Assembly: GCA_002269645.1 (NCBI GenBank)
Contig: NIVC01001356.1
Span: 62,001-126,000 of the forward strand
DNA from: Macrostomum lignano
Taxonomy: Eukaryota
DNA length: 64,000 nucleotides
Direction: 5' to 3'
Positions 1 to 18,900 of the stretch are shown here, in pieces (within the stretch, counting starts at the first letter, position 1; each line of letters starts with the position of its first letter). The notes below the pieces were generated by a model. It saw only the letters and a program-made list of their open reading frames with translations. It ran no database searches and had not been told where the DNA came from. The translations under genes and the position numbers were made by a program.

Positions 1-1
1 C

Positions 2-7945
<7,944 letters not shown>

Positions 7946-8165
7946 ATTTATAACAATTTGAATTACTTTAACACTCTTGGTGTTTACAGTTGCTTGTAGT
8001 TTGGTGCTTTAGTTTGCATATATATGCTTTAGTTGGTAAATTTGTTATTACGAGTATTTTCCATGCTTTCATGTGCCTAAGCGTCTTCGTACTGTAATTC
8101 ATATTTTCCCGATTAAAAATATTAAAATTTGTATTTTCTTTGATCGAAAATTGATACAAGCTGTG

Positions 8166-8171
8166 AATAAA
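8166..8171 (+). terminator. Candidate polyadenylation signal of AARS2 (AATAAA)
   Basis: AATAAA about 220 nt after the stop, followed by a T/GT-rich tract. Confidence 0.45.
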
Positions 8172-8284
8172 ATTTGTAGGTTTTGTTTCCTCTTGTTTGC
8201 TATCAGCTTAGTTATTACATTATTAACATTGTGTTGTTTATTTAATCCCTATAAAGTTAACGGCGATTTTTCTAATCCTAATCC

Positions 8285-9530
8285 AACCGGAAACCATGGA
8301 TCCCAAACCGGAAACCATAGATTCCAAACCAGAAACCATAGATTCCCAACCGGAAACCAGAGATTCCCAACCAGAAACCATAGATTCCTAAACTGGAAAC
8401 CATAGATTCCCAACCGGAAACCATTGATTCCCAACCGGAAACCATAGATTCCTAAACTGGAAACCATAGATTCCTAAACTGGAAACCATAGATTCCTAAA
8501 CTGGAAACCAGAGATTCCAAACCAGAAACCATAGATTCCCAACCGGAAACCAGAGATTCCCAACCAGAAACCATAGATTCCTAAACTGGAAACCATAGAT
8601 TCCCAACCGGAAACCATTGATTCCCAACCGGAAACCATAGATTCCTAAACTGGAAACCATAGATTCCCAACCGGAAACCATTGATTCCCAACCGGAAACC
8701 ATAGATTCCTAAACTGGAAACCATAGATTCCTAAACTGGAAACCATAGATTCCTAAACTGGAAACCATAGATTCCTAAACTGGAAACCATAGATTCCTAA
8801 ACTGGAAACCATAGATTCCTAAACTGGAAACCAGAGATTCCTAAACTGGAAACCATAGATTCCTAAACTGGAAACCATAGATTCCTAAACTGGAAACCAT
8901 AGATTCCTAAACTGGAAACCATAGATTCCTAAACAGGAAACCATATATTCCTAAACTGGAACCATAGATTCCTAAACTGGAACCATAGATTCCTAAACTG
9001 GAAACCATAGATTCCTAACTGGAAACCATAGATTCCTAAACTGGAAACCAGAGATTCCTAAACTGGAAACCATAGATTCCTAAACTGGAAACCATAGATT
9101 CCTAAACTGGAAACCATAGATTCCTAAACTGGAAACCATAGATTCCTAAACTGGAAACCATAGATTCCTAAACAGGAAACCATATATTCCTAAACTGGAA
9201 CCATAGATTCCTAAACTGGAACCATAGATTCCTAAACTGGAAACCATAGATTCCTAAACTGGAAACCATAGATTCCTAAACTGGAAACCAGAGATTCCTA
9301 AACTGGAAACCATAGATTCCTAAACTGGAAACCATAGATTCCTAAACTGGAAACCATAGATTCCTAAACTGGAAACCATAGATTCCTAAACTGGAAACCA
9401 TAGATTCCTAAACAGGAAACCATATATTCCTAAAATGGAAACCATAGATTCCTAAAATGGAAACCATAGATTCCCCAACGAAAACCATAGACTCCCAACC
9501 GGAAACAAGAGATTCCCAAACGGAAACCAT
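8285..9530. repeat. Intergenic tandem array, 21-22 bp unit (GGAAACCATAGATTCCTAAACT)
   Basis: Direct periodicity; fills most of the AARS2-MTERF spacer. Confidence 0.95.
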
Positions 9531-9836
9531 AGAAAGCATTTCGATTCATTGTCGTGTCATATTTGAATGGCTTCATGGCTATGAATATAGTAAGAATGCA
9601 CCAAGTCATGTCATACGAGTATTGTTCCTTCTAGATTACACTTTCATACAATTATATGCTGAGCTATACTTGTGTAGTGTCATTGTTATATCTTATATAC
9701 TGTTGCCGTATTCATGATTTCTTCAAATAACAACAATTGTAACGATTTTCATTAATTTTACAATAACTAGATACAGAAAGAGCATGTAGCTTAATGTTAA
9801 TGTAGAGACTAAAAAATTTCATCTAATCAATTTCAG

Positions 9837-11726
9837 TTTGTCTGCGTCAGAATTATTCAACTCCAGCAGAAGTGGGCACTAGCTCGCTCTGTGCTACCCG
9901 CAGTTGCTACCCGTGCTGCCCCTGTTACAGCGGGACTTGCAGCCGTTCACGCTGCTGTACCCTACGGCACCGGCAGCACCAATATTGTGCATGGTAGGCC
10001 TTCTTATCTGTCTTCTTGAACTTAAGAGTGAGATTAGAGATATTAATGGGAGATTTGAGATATCGGAGTGAGATTGAAGGTCTTAAGAGTGAGATTGGAG
10101 ATCTTAGGAGTGAGATTGGAGATCTTAGGAGTGAGATTGAAGATCTTTGGAGTGAGATTGGAGATCTTAAGAGTGAGATTGGATTTCTTAGGAGTGAGAT
10201 TGGAGATATTTAGGTGTGAGATTGAAGATCTTTGGAGTGAGATTGGAGATCTTAGGAGTGAGATTGAAGATCTTTGGAGTGAGATTGGAGATCTTAAGAG
10301 TGAGATTGGATTTCTTAGGAGTGAGATTGGAGATATTTAGGTGTGAGATTGAAGATCTTTGGAGTGAGATTGGAGATCTTAGGAGTGAGATTGGAGATCG
10401 TAGGTGTGAGATTGAAGATCTTAGGAGTGAGATTGGAGATCTTAGGAGTGAGATTGGAGATCTTAGGTGTGAGATTTAAGATATTTGGAGTGAGATTGGA
10501 GATCTTAGGAGGGAGATTCTAGATATTGGAGTAAGATTAGAGATATTATTGTGAGATTGAAGGTCTTAGGAGTGAGATTGGAGATCAAGTGTGAGATTGA
10601 TGATATTTGGAGTGATATTGGAGATCTTAGGAGGGAGATTCTAGATATTGGAGTAAGATTAGAGATATTATTGTGAGATTGAAGATCTTTGGAGTGAGAT
10701 TGGAGATCTTAGGAGGGAGATTCTAGATATTGGAGTGAGATTAGAGATATTATTGTGAGATTGAAGATCTTTGGGGTGAGATTGGAGATCTTAGGTGTGA
10801 GATTGGAGATCTTAGGAGTGAGATTGGAGATCTTAGGTGTGAGATTGAAGATCTTTGGAGTGAGATTAGAGATAACAGAGTGCGATTAAAATGTGGCTGA
10901 AAGCTGTCAAACCTAAAAAATGCCCAACGCACCCTTTGAATACCCAGGCGTTGCTCAGGCAGTCGACAGCTCGTCAGCTAGCAAGAAATTAAGCAAAAGA
11001 ATCAAGAGAAAAATTGCAAATAAAAGTAACGCGTTGAGCTATACAATTTCGCCAGATGAAGCTGCAGTATTATTGGGCCAATCAGCTGATAGCAGCTTAA
11101 TTACCAATCTAGAAGAAGTCATTCTGCACTTATCCCGATTGGGCGTCAAATCTCCTAAATCGGTTTTGAAACGTCTTGGTCAGTCGAACTGTTGCCAGGT
11201 CGCCGCCAACGCTGACGAGCTTGACAAGTTGCAGATGCGGTTGGAGTTCTATCTGAAATTTCACACTAAAGCTGATTGCGCTAGACTAATTGAGTCTAAG
11301 CCGCAGTTGCTATGCAGAGATCTAGTTGAGTTGAACACTGTCGCCAATTATTTGGTATTAAAGTGCGGCTTTGCAACCGATGTGCTCAACTATATGCCGT
11401 CAGTTTGGCTGTTAAACTATGCTCAAGTGGTTGCTAGGCGAGAGATTATGTCGAAGACTGGCCGGTTGTCGCGCCAGCCAAAACGCGAGTTCAACGCTAG
11501 GAGTGTGGCCGGGTGTGACTGTTTTAGCGACAGCCTGTCTGACTTTCTTAAGCGTTGCTGCATCACCCAGGAAGAGTACGAGGCGTACTATGCTGTTACC
11601 GAGGCAACGATTGATGCGCAGTGTAACAAGATCCTTGTTGATCATCGGGATGACAGAACTGACTGTGGCGATGATTATGACTCAGCTTTATCCGATAATG
11701 ACAGCGATGGTGAAGAGAGTGAATGA
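9837..11726 (+). CDS. MTERF4: mTERF-family protein, MTERF4-like (mitochondrial ribosome assembly factor family)
   Basis: Exon 9837-9993 (after TTTCAG; donor G|GTAGGC, phase 1) joins exon 10948-11726 (acceptor ...TACCCAG) in frame. The first exon is presequence-like ([28 protein letters not shown]). The body has mTERF-type repeats ([36 protein letters not shown]), then [16 protein letters not shown] and an acidic tail, as recalled for MTERF4. The start codon is unresolved (see findings). Confidence 0.65.
10020..10872. repeat. Intronic tandem array, 21 bp unit (GGAGTGAGATTGGAGATCTTA)
   Basis: Direct periodicity; MTERF4-like intron. Confidence 0.92.
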
Positions 11727-11789
11727 TTAGTCTGCTAATTATCACAGGCCTGAGAGTGTCGCCATTCTCTAATCCTGCAAACTATCCCA

Positions 11790-12431
11790 CCAAGAACCGT
11801 CCTCCAACATCATTAAGAACCGCTCTCCAATCCCATCAAGAACCGCCCCCCCAACCCCATGAAAACCCCCCAACCCCATCAAGAACCGCCCCCAACCCCA
11901 TCAGGAACCGCCCCCCCAACCCCATGAAAACCCCCCAACCCCATTAAGAACCGCCCCCAACCCCATCAAGAACCGCCCCAAACCCCATCAAGAACCGCCC
12001 GAAACCCCATCAAGAACCGCCCCCAATCCCATCAAGAACCGCCCCCAATCCCATCAAGAACCGCCCCCCAACCCCATCAAGAACCGCCCCCAACCCCATC
12101 AAGAACCGCCCCCAACCCCATCAAGAACCGCCCCCCCATCAAGAACCGCCCCTAACCCCATAAAGAACCGCCCCCAACCCCATCAAGAACCGCCCCCCAA
12201 CCCCATCAAGAACCGCCTTCCAACCCCATCAAGAACCGCCTTCCAACCCCATCAAGAACCGCCTTCCAATCCCATCAAGAACCGCCTTCCAATCCCATCA
12301 AGAACCGCCTTCCAACCCCATCAAGAACCGCCTGCCAATCCCATCAAGAACCGCCTGCCAATCCCATCAAGAACCGCCTTCCAATCCCATCAAGAACCGC
12401 CTTCCAATCCCATCAAGAACCGCCTTCCAAT
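11790..12431. repeat. C-rich tandem array, 22-23 bp unit (CCCCATCAAGAACCGCCCCCAA)
   Basis: Direct periodicity, starting about 65 nt after the MTERF4-like stop. Confidence 0.93.
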
Positions 12432-12644
12432 TTTTTGGCATTTGTTTAGAGTTGAGCTGTAACTTTTACGACTTGTATCTAAGCCAGTTTTAATACTAAC
12501 AAAACTTAAATACACATCCTTAGGGAAATGAAAGTTCAATTACGAGCTACTTCATATTTTGTTATTTAAATTAGTCGCAAAATACGTAAAAGTACCTTTG
12601 CTATCGTTGTTTTATATTAATTATTTTCAATATTTCTAGGCTTA

Positions 12645-13675
12645 CATACCTCAGCCAGTCAAACCTGGCCCTACAAACTATAGCCATCAATAATGTACAT
12701 AGCTCAGCCAGTCTGAACCTGGCCCTACTTACTATAGCCATCAATAATGTACATAGCTCAGCCAGTCTGAACCTGGCCCTACAAACTATAGCCAGCAATG
12801 TGCATAGCTCAGCCAGTCTGAACCTGGCCCTACTTACTATAGCCTGCAATGTACATAGCTCAGCCAGTCTGAACCTGGCCCTACTTACTATAGCCAGCAA
12901 TGTGCATAGCTCAGCCAGTCTGAACCTGGCCCTACTTACTATAGCCATCAATAATGTACATAGCTCAGCCAGTCTGAACCTGGCCCTACTTACTATAGCC
13001 TGCAATGTACATAGCTCAGCCAGTCTGAACCTGGCCCTACTTACTATAGCCTGCAATGTGCATAGCTCAGCCAGTCTGAACCTGGCCCTACTTACTATAG
13101 CCTGCAATGTACATAGCTCAGCCAGTCTGAACCTGGCCCTACTTACTATAGCCAGCAATGTACATAGCTCAGCCAGTCTGAACCTGGCCCTACTTACTAT
13201 AGCCTGCAATGTACATAGCTCAGCCAGTCTGAACCTGGCCCTACTTACTATAGCCAGCAATGTACATAGCTCAGCCAGTCTGAACCTGGCCCTACTTACT
13301 ATAGCCTGCAATGTACATAGCTCAGCCAGTCTGAACCTGGCCCTACTTACTATAGCCAGCAATGTACATAGCTCAGCCAGTCTGAACCTGGCCCTACTTA
13401 CTATAGCCAGCAATGTACATAGCTCAGCCAGTCTGAACCTGGCCCTACTTACTATAGCCAGCAGTGTACATAGCTCAGCCAGTCTGAACCTGGCCCTACT
13501 TACTATAGCCAGCAATGTACATAGCTCAGCCAGTCTGAACCTGGCCCTACTTACTATAGCCAGCAGTGTACATAGCTCAGCCAGTCTGAACCTGGCCCTA
13601 CTTACTATAGCCAGCAATGTACATAGCTCAGCCAGTCTGAACCTGGCCCTACTTACTATAGCCAGCAATGTACAT
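12645..13675. repeat. Tandem array, 51/54 bp unit (CCTGGCCCTACTTACTATAGCCAGCAATGTACATAGCTCAGCCAGTCTGAA)
   Basis: About 20 copies; 17-aa periodic ORFs on both strands. Confidence 0.95.
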
Positions 13676-14733
13676 GGTTCATTCCTTACCCGGTGGGTGT
13701 ACGAGTACATTGCGCCTAATGTATTTAACTAATAGAAACTTTCTAGTTAAGTTTTGAATTAATTTGCTAATCGCATTAGCTACAGGTATCTCATTACACA
13801 TGTCAATGTAACCTGCTAGGGCACCTGTCAGCTGACTGTCAAATAACATGAATGTAATGTTTAAATTTAGATTGGGCACAGAGTATATTGATGGATTGTT
13901 TCTCAAACGTATGTATAGCTCCAGATATAATTGTGAGCCAGCTTATTTATGCTTTTTCTCTCTGCCTATATCCCCTTCTTTGCGATCCACTTCAGCTCTC
14001 TAGGCGTCTGTCCATCATCAGTAAATAAAAGTTTAACAGTGTGCCAAGTGCCAGCAATACATATAATTGACAGCAGCCCCCCCCGCTATGGTCTTCTGGG
14101 GATTCAGTTAAACAATTCTATTCATATCAGCGAGTGGGGTGGCGGATGCTTCAGTAGTTACGAGTAAATAAAGTTTTTGCTGAGTGCTAGATGTTATAAT
14201 CCTCTGCTTTAGTCGATGTTATAATTTCAACTCGCTCAAAACCATTGCTAAAGTGCTTTCAGTCCGAACCTTCTTGAAGTTTGTGATGCCATTTTTATTA
14301 CTTATGTATTGGTTTTGGTGCTACGAGTATTTCACGAGTATTGCTAAATGCCATTATAATATAATTTAATGTTTTTGGCACCAATTTATTCGAAATAGAT
14401 GTTTTTGGCGCCAATTTATTTAAATTTGATGGTTTTGGCGCCATTTCATTCTAATTTGGTGTTTTTGTCGCCAAAGTATTTGAATTTGATGGTTTTGGCG
14501 CCAATTTATTATAATTTGATGTTTTGGCGTCAATTTATTATTATTTGGTGTTTTTGGCTTTCTAATTTTAATTTTGTTTTTTGGCGCCATTTTATTACCA
14601 GTTATAATCTAGTTCAGGGTGTCATTTCACTGTTGTTGTTTAACAGACCGTTAAACAGCTCCCAGCATGCACCCAGTTCATTTTACTTATTAGCGGACCT
14701 GATCATATCTTCATTAGTTAAAAAACTTATCAA

Positions 14734-14769
14734 CCAATCAGCGACCGCCTACTGATGATCACGTGATCA
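14734..14769 (+). promoter_or_regulatory. CCAAT box plus 14-bp palindrome containing an E-box, upstream of the nAChR gene
   Basis: CCAATCA at 14734-14740; perfect palindrome TGATCACGTGATCA at 14756-14769, about 160 nt before ATG 14927. Function is inferred only. Confidence 0.3.
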
Positions 14770-14926
14770 CTGTCTGGCCATCGGAGATCTAAGTCTAACA
14801 CTACAAATACTGTCTGTGCGCTTCATTCACATCCAAGCTGATTAAATTAAAACTAGCTAGCGTTGGGCTAAAATGCATTCATACTATAGGCCATAAATAG
14901 AGTACATCTTAAACTTCCATATAGCT

Positions 14927-15835
14927 ATGACGTCCGTGGTTCGATTTCACTTGGTGTCACTGCTGGTTGGTAAGCAAAATCACAAGCTTTGATTACTTAA
15001 TGCTGAAATGTAGTAGTCAGTTAATTGCTTTTAATTAGAAGTTTAAAAAATACGTTTTAATAGTCATTACATGCAATCTGGGTTGTATCTAATCATCAAT
15101 GATTTGCATCTAGATCAAATCTAATCATCAATGATTTGCATCTAGATCAAATCTAATCATCAATGATTTGCATCTAGATCAAATCTAATCATCAATGATT
15201 TGCATCTAGATCAAATCTAATCATCAATGATTTGCATCTAGATCAAATCTAATCATCAATGATTGCATCTAGATCAAACCTGATCATCAATGATTGCATC
15301 TAGAACAAATCTTATCTGAATAGAATGGATTGCTAATCTATATGATGAAGAAATAGAATGGATTGCTAATCTATAGGATAAAGGAATAGAATGGATTGCT
15401 AATCTATAGGATAAAGGAATAGAATGGATTGCTAATCTATAGGATAAAGGAATAGAATGGTTTGCTAATCTATAGGATAAAGGAATAGAATGGATTGCTA
15501 ATCTATAGGATAAAGGAATAGAATGGATTGCTAATCTATATTATGAAGGAATAAAAAGGATCGCTAATCTAAGCTATCATTTGGTGTAAGAAAATCCCAA
15601 TTAGCACCTAAGGAGTGTCAAACTTGCTGTCGTGTCTTCCCCATCAACCCCTCCTTCACCCGGCTGCAGCCTCTCTGCCTCATCAGTGCAGCTCAAACCC
15701 GGACGCCAAGCGTCTCTTCGACGACCTGCTGAGCAAGGCTGACTACAATAAGCTCATTCGGCCGGTTAACAACAACTCCAGGACTCTCACAGTGTATCTC
15801 GGGCTGAAACTGTCTCAGCTGATTGACGTGGTGAG

Positions 15836-15921
<86 letters not shown>

Positions 15922-18900
15922 AACTTCGGTCTCGAGTCCTTAGGGATCAGATAAGTAGGCACACATTTGGTAGAGAGCAGTAGGAGGATGTCCCGCGGTT
16001 ACCATGAGGTTTCGAACTTCTCTCATGTTGCTGACCACTTTTCTACACTTTCCTGCCTCTGCGAGTGTTCGATTGCCTCTTTTTCTCCCTCCCTGTCTGT
16101 CTGTGCGTCCTCCGCGCAAAGTTGAAAAAAGGGTAGGGGGCACAAGAGGTCGCCAAAGTTTTATAGAAAGATATAGAAATAGAATATTATATGCTCGAAT
16201 CAATAGAGGCAAGCTTATTTTTGCCTCAGCTACTTACCAGCGACAACAAGTTTGTGGACCGGGGTTAGCAGCAGCAGCTGGATCAGTTTGCTCACTCGAG
16301 TAATTCCACGTTCTGCCGCATGCAACCCCTCTCCTACTGCTCAGCATCCTTCCTGCGCGCCTCATCAGTGCGGAGATTTTAGAATTCTCATGGGGGTGAG
16401 AAGGCAGATAAGAGAGGAGGGGAGAGAGGAGAGGAGAGGAGAGAGAAGAGCGGAGAAGAGAAAAGAGAGGAGAAGAGAGGAGAGAAGAGAGAAGAGAGGA
16501 GAAGAGAGAAGAGAGGAGAGAAGAGTGGCGCGGGGGAGAAGAGAGAAGAGCGGAAAAGAGAGAAGAGAAGAGAGGAGAGGAGAGAGGGGAGAAGACTGGT
16601 GAGAAGAGGAGAGAGGAGAGAGAAGAAGGGAGCGAGGAGGGGAGAGAAAAGAGGAGAGTTAAGGAGAGATGATTGTGAAGTTCTGAAGTATTGTAAAGTC
16701 TCAAATGACCTGAGGGCCGGTTAGAGAGGCTTGTGCTGTAAATGTGCTATAAATTTGCTGTTGATGTGCTGTAAATTTGCTGTGAATGTGCTATAAATGT
16801 GCTGTAAATGCGCTATAAATGTGCTATGAATGTGCTGTGAATGTGCTATAAATGTGCTATAAATGTGCTGTAAACCGGGTTTTTCCGACCCCTGATTTTA
16901 TAGAAACGCGACAATCATTTTGAAACTACATTATTTTCATCTGGGATTTAGTAGCTAAAAATTCATCTAAAAATGATACAAATTATGAAATTAAGCTCTA
17001 CTTGGACCAAAACTTGATTGTTATTTTTTAGAAACTAGCTCAATCTTGTTAAAAATTTAGCACGTCTCCATTTGAACTGGACACGCTCTTTTCTCTCCCT
17101 TCATTTTGAAGGGAAGATTGCAAGATCGAAAATATTTCACTCAAACTTTGACTTGAAAGCTAAAAAACACGGCACCGATCTCTGCGAAGTGAGAAACCAA
17201 GGAACCGGAACTGGACCGCGGCGGTTTTAATGCTTTGTTGGCGAATCGAAATTCAAATGCCTGCAAAGCTTCTTAGTTTGTGTTACTAATGGGGTTTGTG
17301 TAGCTTTTGGGGTAAAGTGTTTTAAGTGAGTTGTATCGGTGAAGCTTGTGAAATCGTGTCGTTAAAGCTTGTGAAATCGTGTCGTTAAAGCTTGTGAAAT
17401 CGTGTCGTTAAAGCTTGTGAAATCGTGTCGTTAAAGCTTGTGAAATCGTGTCGTTAAAGCTTGTGAAATCGTGCTGTTAAAGCTTGTGAAATCGTGTCGT
17501 TAAAGCTTGTGAAATCGTGTTGTTAAAGCTTGTGAAATCATGTTGTTAAAGATTGTGAAATCTGTTGTTAAAGCTTGTGAAATCATGTTGTTAAAGATTG
17601 TGAAATCTGTTGTTAAAGCTTGTGAAATCGTGTTGTTAAAGCTTGTGAAATCATGTTGTTAAAGCTTGTGAAATCATGTTGTTAAAGCTTGTGAAATCAT
17701 GTTGTTAAAGATTGTGAAATGTGTTGTTAAAGATTGTGAAATCTGTTGTTAAAGCTTGTGAAATCGTGTTGTTAAAGCTTGTGAAATCATGTTGTTAAAG
17801 CTTGTGAAATCGTGTTGTTAAAGCTTGTGAAATTGTGTTGTTAAAGCTTGTGAAATCGTGTTGTTAAAGCTTGTGAAATCTGTTGTTAAAGCTTGTGAAA
17901 TCGTGTTGTTAAAGCTTGTGAAATTGTGTTGTTAAAGCTTGTGAAATCGTGTTGTTAAAGCTTGTTAAATCGTGTCGTTAAAGCTTGTGAAATCGTGTCG
18001 TTAAAGATTGTGAAATCGTGTCGTTAAAGCTTGTGAAATCGTGTCGTTAAAGCTTGTGAAATCGTGTCGTTAAAGCTTGTGAAATGTGTTGTTAAAGATT
18101 GTGAAATGTGTTGTTAAAGATTGTGAAATGTGTTGGTAAAGATTGTGAAATCGTGTTGTTAAAGCTTGTGAAATCGTGTTGTTAAAGCTTGTGAAATGTG
18201 TTGTTAAAGATTGTGAAATGTGTTGTTAAAGATTGTGAAATGTGTTGTTAAAGATTGTGAAATGTGTTGGTAAAGCTTGTGAAATCGTGTTGTTAAAGCT
18301 TGTGAAATCGTGTTGTTAAAGCTTGTGAAATGTGTTGTTAAAGATTGTGAAATGTGTTGTTAAAGATTGTGAAATGTGTTGTTAAAGATTGTGAAATGTG
18401 TTGTTAAAGCTTGTGAAATCGTGTTGTTAAAGCTTGTGAAATGTGTTGTTAAAGATTGTGAAATGTGTTGTTAAAGATTGTGAAATGTGTTGGTAAAGAT
18501 TGTGAAATCGTGTCGTTAAAGCTTGTGAAATCGTGTTGTTAAAGCTTGTGAAATGTGTTGTTAAAGATTGTGAAATGTGTTGTTAAAGATTGTGAAATGT
18601 GTTGTTAAAGATTGTGAAATGTGTTGTTAAAGCCTGTGAAATGGTGTTTATAAAGCTTGTGAAATGGTGTTTATAAAGCTTGTGAAATGGTGTTTATAAA
18701 GCTTGTGAAATGGTGTTTATAATGCTTGTGAAATGGTGTTTATAAAGCTTGTGAAATTATGTATATAAAGCCTGTGAAATGGTGTTTATAAAGCTTGTGA
18801 AATTGTGTATATAAAGCCTGTGAAATGGTGTTTATAAGCTTGTGAAATGGTGTTTATAAAGCTTGTGAAATGGTGTTTATACAGCTTGTGAAATTGTGTT

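Noticed and set aside
8285-9530. CRISPR-like appearance of the 20-40 bp arrays
   Set aside because: Units are head-to-tail with no unique spacers, there are no cas genes, and the context is eukaryotic
10920-10947. ATG 10920 as the MTERF start
   Set aside because: It lies in the acceptor region just after an in-frame TAA. An upstream presequence-like exon splices in frame at 10948. It remains possible as a minor start.
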